Assembly: GCA_012295275.1 (NCBI GenBank)
Contig: CM022673.1
Coordinates: 19,158,001 to 19,222,000 of the forward strand
DNA length: 64,000 nucleotides
Source: Chrysomallon squamiferum
Lineage: Eukaryota > Animalia > Mollusca
Reading direction: 5' to 3'
Both the position numbers and the translations under genes were made by a program. Positions 1-12,900 of this stretch are shown in pieces (the first letter of the stretch is position 1; the number at the start of each line of letters is the position of its first letter). Below the pieces are notes generated by a model. It did not search any database. It was not told where the DNA came from and saw nothing but the letters and a program-made list of their open reading frames with translations.

Positions 1-1189
1 TTGAAAATGGACATTTGGAATATTTTGAAAAATGTGCAACTTTGTATCTCAATTACAAGAGAAGAAAGGTTGAAATCAACAGAAACAATAGTTCCAGTAA
101 AAACAAAAATACAAGATTAATGTAATACTTTAGTAAGGCAAAAATTTTAATTTTGAATCATTACCTTTTTTCTCATAAGATGTTTCAACTTCAAAGTGAA
201 GTAAAATCTGAACTATTAAACATTCAGCCTTAGAATGTTTGAAGCTCGTTAGTAATAAACCTGTCTAATTTCTTGGGTAGCTATAATAAATTATAGGTGA
301 ATAAATTGATAAACATAGAAAAAATAAATACTGCCACATGCAAGTCTTTCTCTGTTGACTGGTCCTGTTATTGTTTTGTCCTGTATTATGTTAAGCTCCA
401 GATGAATATCATGAACATGCGTTAAACCTGTCCCACCTGATATTTTTCAGTGTCACTAACAACCTGTTTTGTTTGTCAGAACTATTACATGCATTTCTGT
501 CTGAAGCATCTATTCTGCAACATTGTTAGATGTTCTAACAAAGAGCTGCTGTAGGTTTTAATTTTATCAAAATAATTAAGATTAGTATTACTTTGAAATG
601 ACTTTTGCACTAAGTAACTAAGAGATGAATGCAAATTTATTTTTAGCTTACTAGTTCTGATGACTGACATACAATCCTTAGTTGACTGAGCTCAAAACAC
701 ATCTAACAAACAAACAACATACTCTCTTCTCCTCACATTGCAATAACAACAATAGTGTTTATTTAAAAAATAAATTAAAACAAAATTAAAAACAAAATAA
801 TTATAATTAAAAAAATAAAATAATAAAACAATTATTCCTTTCAGTCAGTTATTTTAAATCTATTTCAGGATGACTCAACAATAAAACTTGCAAAATAATA
901 ATGTAAGTAGAAGCAGGCAAATGAAAGAACTCAATGCAAAAATAACCTAATATTAATAATATATTAGACGATGATCCAGAAATCATTTAGCCATTGTCAG
1001 GAACACTTCTATGAAGTATATATGTGTGTGTGTAATATGTATATAATACTGTTTTCATTACTAAGCTTAAATTACTTTTGTAATTCTCTTACCTTTAGTT
1101 AATGTACAGTGTAATTTTATAATGTTCAAAGATCACAATCATTACTTTTAGGACTAATTTCTGTTCTACTTGTTTATTTGTTTTCTCAA

Positions 1190-2861
1190 TAACTTAAAAT
1201 TTTCTTGTTAAATCTGTAATTATTGCAATATTTTTGTAGACACTTTGCTATAGGAAAAGGTTCAGATTCCACCAGTTTTCTAGCTTCAGGAAATGACACT
1301 GTTTTTAAAACCTTCTGGTTTTCATCTTGGAGATCCATGAGAATGTGAAAAGCAGTACTCCTTGCAGTTTATGGATTCAGAATAATTTGGGCTATCATGG
1401 GCTACAGTGTATCTGGGTCATTCCATGTCAAATTACCCCCCCCTAAAAAAAAAGATATTAAAACCCGACCGTCTCAGATTTTTATAAAACTTTATACTTG
1501 TTGACTGGGATCCCATAGCACCAAATCTGAAATTTTAGCCCAATTGGACCAGTGGTGTGGGAGATATGGCCCACCGAATTTTGAGATTTTTGACAAAAAT
1601 GGGCGTGACCACCAACCTTTTAACCCTCATATCTTAGGAACTACTGGGCCAATCTTCATAAAATTGGTATTGTTGAAAAGGCAATATAACAAGGATTCCA
1701 AATCTGCCATTTTTGTTCAGTTTGGAAAATATTGGGGTACATTTACCTTTTGACCTTTGCTATGAACTTGAAATTGACCGTGTAGATCACGTGACCTTGA
1801 GATGACCTTTATTTAAATTTAATCCCCCACATGTTAACTAAAACATATAAAAGTTTCCTGGGTGTAATATTTTTTGTTTAGCCACAATATGGATTTAAAA
1901 AATGCACATACATGAAAATAACACCTTTTCAGCCATTAACATCTGATTAACTAAAACCTGAATGATCAATTCTGGATGCTAGGAATCACCTAGTAAGACA
2001 TTGTAGGCCTACATGTATGCATAAAGTTCACATAAATTTGAGAGAACTAGGTGTTTCTGATGCTTAACCTTCTCACCATCTGTTTCAAATGCTCACTGTA
2101 TCCTTCATTCACGGACATATTCTACTGTTCTCGTCACTTTCATAAAATTGGATTATTCCCTCCTTCAATTCATTTGACAGAAAGTTCAAGAAAGATGGTG
2201 ATTCCTAGCATCCAGAATTGATCATTCAGGTTTTAGTTAATCAGATGTTAATGGCTGAAAAGGTGTTATTTTCATGTATGTGCATTTTTAAAATCTATAT
2301 TGTGGCTAAACAAAAAATATTACACCCAGGAAACTTTTATATGTTTTAGTTAACATGTGGGAGATTAAATTTAAATAAAGGTCATCTCAAGGTCACGTGA
2401 TCCACACGGTCAATTTCAAGGTCATAGCAAAGGTCAAAAGGTAAATGTACCCCAATATTTTCCAAACTGAAAAAAAATGGCAGATTTGGAATCCTTGTCA
2501 TATTGCCTTTTCAACAGTACCAATTTTATGAGGATTGGCCCAGTAGTTCATAAGATATGAGGGTTCAAAGGTTGGTGGTCACGCCCATTTTTGCCAAAAA
2601 TCTCAAAATTCAATGGGTCTTATCTCCACACCACTGATCCAATTGGGCTAATATTTCAGATTTGGTGCTGTGGGAACAAGTATACCAAGTGTGATAAAAA
2701 TCTGAGATGGTCAGGTGATTTGACACGGAATGACCCATCTGGAATAAAAGATTCCACATGTGTGACAGAGGAAGGGTGGACTTACTAAATGATAGGTTTA
2801 ATGTGTTCATCAGAACAAGTTCATTATTCTCATGAATCTTTATCCTCTTGATAGTGCCCAC
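1190..2861 (-). mobile_element. Decayed non-LTR retrotransposon ORF1 (I/Nimb-like), split by the Sola2-like insertion
   Basis: 2861-2741 translates to GTIKRIKIHENNELVLMNTLNLSFSKSTLP, resembling the ORF1 motif 'VRRI..R.G..IPTNTLILTF..PTLP'. After removing 1415-2740 there is a degraded knuckle (HDSPNYSESINCKEYCFSHS) and QKVLKTVSFPEARKLVES, resembling 'ISFPEARKLVE'. Stops and frameshifts are present. Confidence 0.6.
1415..2736. mobile_element. Non-autonomous Sola2-like DNA transposon with ~550-bp terminal inverted repeats
   Basis: Termini GGGTCATTCC...GGAATGACCC; arms ~1415-1989 and ~2197-2736; 4-bp TSD ATCT (1411-1414, 2737-2740). The spacer on the minus strand reads LSNELKEGIIQFYESDENSRICP*MKDTVSI, then DGEKVKHQKHLVLSNLCELY, resembling a Sola2 transposase N-terminal motif. 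Confidence 0.8.
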
Positions 2862-3497
2862 ATATCAGTGATGGTTTTTAAACTTATCAGAATATGCTAT
2901 GAATAAAAACAGAAAAGAAAAATATCTTTTAATACAACACATTTCTTCTTTTACTCTGCCAGACAACTGTATTTATCATTAGTTAAGATCATACTATGAA
3001 AAGATCAATTACTTCTAGTTTTATTCGTTTTGTTTTTGTTTTAAATTAAGGATTCACAATGTTTTTAACTTCTGGTGTAGATGCCATAGAAATAAGCAAT
3101 CGTTACAATGGAAGGCATGTGTAATTAAAAAAAAAAAAAAAAAAAATAGAAAAAGAAAAAAAGAAAACAGAAAGGAAATAAGAAAAGATATATGAAGGTG
3201 AATAAATAAAAAATAATGAATATGTAGATCCAAACTAGGATTTATTATATTTGATGTATATGCATTTCAGTTGGTATCCTCCCTTTTGTCATATCATATG
3301 CCTTCTACCTAGCAATAATGGACTTATCTTCCTTGTTGTTACATAGTAAACTTAGGAAATAATTAAATAAACACCTATTAACATTTTAGAAACAAATATG
3401 TATTCACATATGTATTATTATAAATTCAGTAAGATAACACAAGAATAATACTGTATCACATTTAATAAAAAGGAATGATAAATATAGCAAGCACTAA

Positions 3498-3499
<2 letters not shown>

Positions 3500-3528
<29 letters not shown>
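3500..3528. repeat. (TA)n microsatellite
   Basis: Directly visible TA run. Confidence 0.95.
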
Positions 3529-3531
<3 letters not shown>

Positions 3532-4009
3532 CAGTATACTAATGTGTCCACTGAAGTTCAGCCAGTGACTGTTCTACTAATATTATGCCTTTATTATTGC
3601 TTAATTAGTCCCTAAGATGACTATGAAACAAACTTTCAGTCACATCACAATTTGGTATTCAGCCACTATAATTCCTAATGGCAAACTGCAGCCACACTAT
3701 TGTTTTACAGATATTGTTAATCCTGAATTGTCAAAATCTGGAAAAAAAATACATTGAAAATTTTGACTTACCACCATTTCCCACTTGAAACCTTATCTCT
3801 GGGTACTGTTATGTTATTCTCAGTTCCTTTATATGACTACAGCAACCCCCTGTCAGCCCACTTTCCATCAAAGTAAAAGTGAATTTTATAATCTCACCCA
3901 TAACCATCCTAACTTAACAAACTTCTTCCAATCTAGCCTACATTTTCCTACTGTACATTTTTTGTTACATGTACTATGTAATATTTTGCATTTTTCAGGG
4001 TGCTCCCAA

Positions 4010-4654
4010 CTATTAGTACGTGAAATCGCGAGTCAACAATATTTTATCTGTGTCACAAAATTAAATATAAATTATTTGTGATTTGCTTTATTTTAATTGT
4101 TTATTGTGAAATCATTGATACAGCAATGCCATGACATGTTAATTAGATTTCCTAATATAGAAAAAATATGTGACAGTAAACAGTATAAATGAAATAATAA
4201 TACTATATTGTTGAAGGCTATCATCAATTGCCAGACTTTACTCAGTACGCCTACAACATTTATTTTTAAAATGTTTTATTTACTGCAGCTATGACGTAAC
4301 TTTTTAAGTGATACACATCATGATATGGTGTAAATAGTGACAACCGAATTGCCCATAGAGCTTTTAATATTATATTAGCAGCCATTCATAAAACCGTCAC
4401 TGCATAAACTTCTGTCAATGTTCATAAAAAGATTTACCGTGATAAAGAAATAAAATTGTCGGACATTGGTAACGTCGATGACAGCTTGTACTATATTTTC
4501 TTGACACAACTACTACAGATATAGTCAAACGATATACGATTGGCTTAATCTCAAGTTTACAAACCAGTTGCACCAATTAGAAATTGTTTAGCAAAATGTG
4601 TAGGAAATTTAAGAAACACGTGTAAATGCTTTGCTTACATGTGTAATATGGAAT
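4010..4654 (+). promoter_or_regulatory. Putative METTL18 promoter and 5' UTR region
   Basis: CpGs retained locally in an otherwise CpG-poor window; TGACGTAA near 4292, inverted CCAAT (ATTGG) near 4539 and CCAAT near 4573, directly upstream of the ATG at 4655. Confidence 0.45.
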
Positions 4655-5008
4655 ATGGCATTTAAATTTAATTTTGTTAACTCAGGAGTTGATAACATTG
4701 AAGAAACATTTAGTAAAGGTAAACTGTGAGGAAAGTTAATTCACAGACTAATATATTATGTAGCTTATTTAACATTAAAATTTGCAGAGGCCTGTTGAAA
4801 TGAACACTAAGAATCAACGAACCATATAATAAATAACAGATCATTTATCTACGTTAAAGTTGTTGATTTAATTTACGGATTTCAGATATGGAACGCGTCA
4901 GAACAAAATATGTTCGGCTGATGCCATTTTAACTTATATAATTGGAAAACATTTTTCCAGTGATATAAAATTTAATTCTATTTATTTATTTATTTATTTA
5001 TTTATTTA

Positions 5009-5054
<46 letters not shown>

Positions 5055-8000
5055 TTGTACAATTATTTTAATTTAAAATTTTATGAATTAAATCATTAGA
5101 ATAGCTGTGACCACTTCTATTTCTTTTCAGTATAAATACTACTTCAAACAACTTTTCCAATCCAAATCTGTATGCTAATAATAATAATAATTACTATAAA
5201 GACAAGCAGTGGGATAATGAAGAGCAGAAAATACATAAAATATTAGATTGTTTATATAATTAGTAATGTTGATTCATTTTGTAAACAGACAATAGCATGG
5301 TGAAAATTATTGAGATGATCTAAGGAAATTTTATTTCCAAAACATTTCATCAAATGATAGACATTAGTTTTGGGTTTTTATGTGCATGTTATGGCTGTTT
5401 TAATTCATATATGTTAATTTTTAAATCTTGTTTTGTTTTTTTCAATAATAATCACAGGTAGTATGTTAACTGGGAAATGTGCTGTAGAAGTTCATCCAGT
5501 GGAAAACAAAGTTCTGGTATAGTTTGTTCTTTCAGTTCATAAGTGAAAATGTAAAATAATGTGATTGCCATTTGTATTATATATATGGTGTCAAGTTTTA
5601 ATATTTTTATTAAATAGAATATATATGACATTTAAGATATTTGGAATTTTTTCCTTGAGTTAGAATTAACATGTTGGTATTTAAAATTTCACTCTGTAAT
5701 TACAGTGATAGAATTTTATTGCCATTGAAGGATTCAGGTAAATATACAAAAACAAGAAAGATTTATATATTATTTTTTCATCTCTTGGCTTAAAGGAAAA
5801 TTTGAAAACAATACATCACACGTTCAACAACATTACCCTTGGAATACTTGATCCACAGGCTCTGGAGAAATATGTAACTGAAAATGCTTTGGATGATTTA
5901 GAGACAGCACAAGCTGTATTACAACATGTAGATCTACATCCTGGAGTCTATGAAGGTTTGCATTAAATGTTATATTTATTATGTACTTAACTGATTTACA
6001 TTAATATTACTTAAAGCTTATTTTAATAAGAAATATCAATATTTTAAATACTTATTAACTGGTATTATAGAAAAATAAAGTTTTGTGAAATATTATACTA
6101 GTAAATCTGGCTTTAGAGATGTTTTCATATAGTTCAGTGGCTGAATGTTATATTTTCAGGAGGTTTTAAAGTTTGGGAATGTGGATTTGATCTTGCTGAG
6201 TTTATATGTGAACAGTGTATTGACTTCTCAGGGAAAAGAGTATTAGAAGTGAGTTTTCTGCAGCATCTTTAAAATAAAAATAAAGTTATTGTCAAAAGAA
6301 CTTTTGAATATTTAATGTTTTGCTGTTATTAGTGCAGTTAATAATATACAGGCTAAATAGATCTACAGTTTGATTGTGTCAGAACTTGGCCCCAACCGTT
6401 ATTGTAATCTTACAAAACAGAGATTCATTCATTGTTTTTTTTTCATCTTTATGCTTATGTTGTTGACATTGATTTTGGGGAGTACTTGGTTAATTCTTTG
6501 GAACTCTGTGAGGCAGTTCCTTTTATTACTTCAGTTTAAATCAAGTCTTAGTCATGAGATTGCCTAGTTTGGTTGCAAAAGCAAAAAGGTAACAATTACC
6601 AGATGATTGCAAATAAAATGTTGGTTATTTAATGCTATTGAATTTTAGTGTAATTCTGTGTTTAGTTCTTTACTGTGATTCAGTGAATGATGTACTTCTG
6701 TAATATTCAGCTTGGCTGTGGTGCAGGTATTCCAGGGTTATGTGCAATGCGGAGAGAAGCAGAAGCAGTACATTTTCAAGATTTTGTAAGATATTTTTTC
6801 AGATTGTGAGTTAAACATGTTTTAGTAACCAGTTAATAATTTCAAATATTGTTTGTTTGGACTGGAATTAATGTAGCCATTTGTTTATATTTTTACCAAT
6901 AGTTTAATAATAGTTACTGACTTATTTAATATTGCTATACCACACCAGGGTCCATCTCAAGACTAAGCGTTACTAAATTCACAGTTTGTTTTTATTATTA
7001 CAACCTTTTATTCATAAGATAAACTTATACATACATAATCAACACACATACACATATACACAGAGGAAAATTGAAGAAATGTTTAAAAAGTTTTGTAAAA
7101 GGTTATGAAATGTGATCAAATCAATTCTTGATATATAACTGCTTATTAGTAAGTTTGTGTCACTTACACAGATTTTTCATATATCATACATATGATTCTG
7201 ATTCACATATGTTAAAATATTAAAACTTTTTTGTTTTTGTTATTTAATTGTAGAATAGGGAAGTGATTGAAAAATTTACAGTTGTGAATGTTTTACTTAA
7301 TCGTAAAAATAAATGTGAATGCCGATTTTTTGCTGGTGACTGGAGTGATTTGGCTAATATCCTCAAAAACAATTCTTGCAGGTTTGTATAAAATAATGCC
7401 TGACAAAGAAAAGTTTTAAATGTGATAAAAAAAAAAAAAAAAAAATATGCAATAATATGGATATTTAGCCATAACAAATGCGGACTAAGATTTTGTTTTT
7501 CTTTATTAATTTTGTCATTTCATTCAATATAATTTCATAATAAAAAAGGAAACAATATCACTGAAGCTTATTTCTTTTTTATAACTAAAACTACATTAAA
7601 AATAGAAAAATAATCAAAAAGAAGAAAAATAATCAGCATCAGTAACACCCTTTAACCTTGGTGAAATTAGGTAAAGAGATAATGCAGCAATGTATTTAGC
7701 AAAATTTTAGCAGTAGTTTTTCTGAAGCAATTGTTGAATTATAGTATAATGTAGTGACTCATGGATAAATAAATAAAAACATCTAATCCCCAAAATATCA
7801 GAATTCAAACTTCTGATTTCTTATCTAATTAATTGCAGTGGGGGATTATCATTCTTGCATTGTGTACTTCAAGAAAGTCAGGTACTGTTATATGGTGTGC
7901 CTGAATAATGTAACAAGTGGACAGTAAAATAATGTGCAAATGACCATGAAACATAAAATTTCTAAATAGTAGAAAAGCACTGTCAGACATCTAAGTATTC

Positions 8001-9520
8001 ACTCCCAATTAATATGTTTTAATTCTTTAAACATGCACAATGGATTGTATAATGAAGTTAATGAAAATATCACACACAAAGAACAATTCACAGGAGGTAA
8101 ACAATGACAGGTGAATAACATTTTGAAGTGGAAGCCCTGTTTAATTATTCTGTATCATCATCATTCAAACTGATGTCATAAAGATAAGAAGATATATGTT
8201 TTTCAATATATTTGGGTTAGAGCTAACCCATTGATACTCATATTGGACATAATAGTAGAGATTGAGGATATCTTATCAGAAATCATTTGCCTTTTTTGGA
8301 TTTGTGAATTATAAGGACATAACATGAAAATAGAATCTAAGATCAAACACAAATTCTGTTTGTATTTCATATACAGTTTCTACAAATAGTCTGCAGAATT
8401 TTTTAATAATTTTGTTCATGAGCTATCAGTGCTGATAACCAATTGATATCATTTCAGTTGCTCAGAAAAGGCTTTGGATACTCAACTTGTAATATTTTTC
8501 ACAATATTTGTGATAGTTAATTCAGTAGTTACCTCCTTGAATTACAATGACTGATAATTTAAATAAATGATTATACTGAATATTATTTCAGATATGACTA
8601 CATTCTGACAGCAGAGACTATTTATAATACAGAAAACTATGCCAAGTTAGTCAATGTGTTTGACACGGTTTTGACACCTAATGGATTAATGTATCCTAGT
8701 GAAAGTTCAAGAAATGTACAAATGTTTACTATGCTTAAGAAAGTTGGAAGAAACATACACACTACTTGTTTTTAAAATATCTACTGATATTAACTACAGT
8801 TTCAGTTTAAAAAATTTATTTTCATCTATTTTATTACCAGCACTAACTTTTTTATTGAAGCATGTATTTTGTAAAAATGATGTAATAACTACTTGACGTT
8901 TTTGTTGATTTATTTAGTTTACAAATACTGATAATATTTTGTTATTAATTTCCTTAACTTGAAACAGATATTTATCAGCTAAATCAAACTATTTTGGTGT
9001 TGGAGGAGGAACACATCTTTTTGGAAATTTTTTAGTTTCTACAAATAAATTCACAAGTGAAGTCTGTCTCAAGATAGAAGCCAGTAAGTAATTCTGATGA
9101 TTCAATTTCTAATTTCTGTAAAATTTTATTCAATATTTATTTAGTACAGTTACTTATGATAATGTTTCATGATGCAAATTGTAATGCTAAAAATTTGATG
9201 TGCATTCCTGAAATTGAAAAAGGAAAATACTGCAGTAACAAAACTTTTTAATGGGGTTTCATTTATAGATAGATTTCCACTGTTCAGTTTGTATTAGATA
9301 CTTTATTTTTATCATTCTAAAAACAAAAAACACAAAATACCCACACATTATACATTGAAATTCCGATAAAGGGTTGCATACCTGTTTTAAAGGCATCATA
9401 GATGCACATTTGGTATCTCAAGTTGATTTGTTTTATTTTTATACATTATTTGGGGTTTTTGATTTTTCAGATGTTCCAAGAGAAATACTAAAGATAGAAC
9501 GCAAACAATTTCCAACATAA
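4655..9520 (+). CDS. METTL18: Histidine protein methyltransferase 1 homolog (METTL18/Hpm1), ~279 aa
   Basis: Exons 4655-4718, 5458-5516, 5796-5955, 6160-6248, 6711-6785, 7254-7381, 8592-8690, 8968-9083, 9471-9520; GT-AG introns with matching phases, 840 nt total. Motifs: MAFKFNF, DLHPGVYEGGFKVWEC, KRVLELGCGAGIPG, VHFQDFN, FFAGDW, YDYILTAETIY, AKSNYFGVGGG. Confidence 0.95.
4979..5055. repeat. Compound (TTTA)n/(TTA)n microsatellite
   Basis: Directly visible in METTL18 intron 1. Confidence 0.9.
8691..8967 (+). other. U12-type (minor spliceosome) GT-AG intron in METTL18
   Basis: Donor GTATCCTAG; branch site TTTCCTTAAC at 8949-8958, about 10 nt upstream of the AG; no polypyrimidine tract; frame restored (NGL-I-YLSAK). 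Confidence 0.85.
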
Positions 9521-9899
9521 TCTCACAGTGCAAAGTGGATTCCATCAAATCGTGTGTATGTGACAAAAATCTGTTAACATCATTTGTATACTGATGTATA
9601 GTTTGTAATACATTTTTAATTTTTTTATTTATTTATTTATTTAATCAACTTGTAAAAGGAGTAAAACTGGATAAAAAGCTTTGTAGTATGTGAAGTAAAC
9701 TGATTTAGGATATATAGTTAATTCTAATTATGAGGTAATACTAGTATCAGGATTCTTAATTGTAAAAAGCAAACTAGCAATGCTCTCTTTAGTATATTTA
9801 ATTACCTACCACTATGGAATATGATACAAATATAAATCTTTATCCTAGAATTCCTCATTGTTAAGTTTATTGAATGAGTCATGTCAGCCTTGTGAAAAG

Positions 9900-9940
9900 A
9901 CAACCAACAACAATTCAGTTATGTCAAACAATACTTTATT
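9900..9940 (-). terminator. Candidate minus-strand polyadenylation site (possible distal RBM33 end)
   Basis: AATAAA on the minus strand at 9940-9935, followed by GU-rich TTGTTGTTGGTTGTCTTTT. Confidence 0.4.
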
Positions 9941-12900
9941 ATAATATAAGAACATTTCTGCTAACAGCAGTGTCAGTAGAAATTCTCAAATAGCTAACAG
10001 TTAATAAAGATAATCTGAGAAAGGTTATCAACTTGTTTCCTAATAAAATCTCTTCATAATTATCTTATTGACATTAATGTTTTGATAAAAATATATAAAA
10101 AAACTGTAGCACCAAATTTTCTTGAGGAATGATCACAGTTCATCAAACAATGGAATAACAGGCAGCATGATCCAGTTTTCTGCAACTGAAATATTCTAAA
10201 ACCATTTCATTAGTTGAACAACACATTTACACATAACATTTTCAGCATACCAACATGTTTGTTTTAATAAAATATAAAACTGTACTTGTTGATACAAGAA
10301 AGGCATTTACCTGAAAAAAGATACGGTAAACCTGATTACAGTATAATCAAGTATTAATTTCTGTTGCATTCTGGTATAAATTTGAATCTTGTCGCTTATT
10401 ATTTGTCTTACATTTCTATTCTGATATCTGAAATTAATACGGTTTAATTCCATAAACATTTATGAACAAATGTAATGTGGAAGAGTACTCTTAAAACATC
10501 CCTCTCAGAATTCTAAATACGATTTTAGAAACTAAATAAATTATTTTATTTCAAAATAACCTGTTCTATTTTGATGTACTTTCAACACTAACATACGTTT
10601 ATAACTTAAGTAAAAATCAAACTGTTCTTAATCTTATACTCTTTTGGGATCAGTTAATAAACATTTCCAAAATAACCATCTCATTAAAATCTGTTTAAAT
10701 TTATCAAGCTGGCATATCTCTAATTCAGAGATTCCCAAATGTTATGTTGAAAATTTTATGATTGTAATGCATCACAGATGTAACCCCCACACATATTTTA
10801 TGTTACCAACTCCAATAAATAAAAAAATTACTTATCCATAAATAATAAATGCATTTCTTGACAGCTCTACAAGATCTGAGACTACTCTTTGTTGCGTGAA
10901 CATTAAAATTCAAAATCCAATTCACACTCAACCTTATTAAATTATATTTCAGTAGTGGATTGATAGAAAAAAAGAGAAATGAGATTTGTCTTAGGAAATA
11001 TACTCAAGTTTTCAACAACTGAGATGATGTACTGCCAACATTTTTATTCCCTGGAATTGATCCACTACTGCTTTGGCATCCACACTGATTCCAATGCCAA
11101 GATACATAAAATTCTAGTGCTACAAGTTTCTCAGAACTTGGTGTGGATTGTCTTTGGTGCAGGTCATCTTACCAATAAATCACCTAATCCATTTCTGCAT
11201 TAAGTTAATCAATTTGGTTTTGATTACAAGTCCAATTACTCATTTTGATTAAAATCCTGTATATTGATTATTAATAAAACTGAAATATCATTTATGGCCT
11301 ATAACACTAACTGGCTCTTCACAATTCATTTCCTGTTACGCACACGCACTCACGCACACGCGCACACACACATATATATATATACACACCTATAATGCAT
11401 CTGCAAGCCTGTAATAATATTTGTTGGATCTTAACAACATAGTTAATTCCTTTTTTTTTTTTTTTTTAAATCCTCCTAAAATGTTCAGATGATTATAATT
11501 CACTGAGAAATTTAAAAAAGCAGTTTTCCTTTCACAAAACAGATTTTTACACATTCTTTAAAAGTGTTATACTTCACTGATGGAGAAACTTAACAAGAAG
11601 AAAAGATAGCAAAAAAGTTAAGAAACAGGACTTTAATGAAATCTCCTCCCAGTGAAACCAAAGTACTTTAAGTAGTAATCGTTGAACTAAGTATAATGAT
11701 TTGTGATATGATTCTGAATGAAATGTTCCCTATGTATATATGATGGTGTGTGTGCAAATATACATATATACTAACCTAAAGGCATCATAATCTGATAAGC
11801 CATTCTATTGCTTTATTTTTTTATTTTAAAACATAATCAGGTCTCTTCTAAATTTTAGACTCGAGAGTAATTTTATTAAACTGCTGGGAAAACCTACAAG
11901 GAGCAAATATTAATATATAATATTAATACTCATCTTACAGATAAATCACTTTATCCATTATCTAATGAAATGAAAAATGTCAAGAAATACAAATATTCTG
12001 ATATAATATATGTAACTCTGGTCATAACAAATGTGCAAAACTAAATACAAGAAATATTTGAAATAATTATATTAACAATATATTAATTCTCTTACTTCAC
12101 ACAAATGCAGCTGTTGACCTAAAAATGTATAATAATTTGAAAAACAAGTATTAGTAATTATTATTATCAGAACTGAATGATACTTAATTCTTGCAGGTAT
12201 GAATTAATTGATATTTTAGCTGCATACATTAGACAATAGAGTGAACATTTTAAAAACAATTTATATACAGTTCCATAAATAAGTCCCTAATCTAAACTTT
12301 GTTAGATAACAGTGATTTTATAATAAAATACTGTTTGCTATAAAAAGAAAACGAAAACTTTGAAGTAAAACTTGTAATTGAACCAAATGTATTTTTATCA
12401 TCCCTAATTAAGTTTATGAATGCTTAAACACAAAAAAAACCCCCAAAACAATTGATATTGTAACTATAAACCCAGCTCCATTAACTTAATACTTTAATGA
12501 AAGTATATTACTGTACCCATCAAATACTATAATGGCACACAGCAAAAAAAAAAAAAAATCACAAATCTGTGAACATCATGTTTACAAATACAACAATTTA
12601 AACATTTCAACAAACATGTTGGTTTCTGAAAGCATACAGAAAAAAAATCCCTGAAAATAATAAAATGATTTAAAACAGCAAAAATACACCATGCATATCT
12701 TTCACCTAAATGTCTAGTGTTTTACAATGATCACTTAGTTATGTAAAGATACACAGTTATTTGTACATAGTTTAATCTCTACTCAAGACAACTGCCAGTG
12801 GCCAGACATCTCAGGAATACCATCTAATTACATTATTATTTGAAGTACAAAATAAAAATTAATATAACAAACTTTGGTTTTCACTTCTTAACTTTTTCAA

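Noticed and set aside
1544-2788. Short ORFs 1544-1753 and 2591-2788
   Set aside because: They lie almost entirely in transposon inverted repeats and show no protein motifs.
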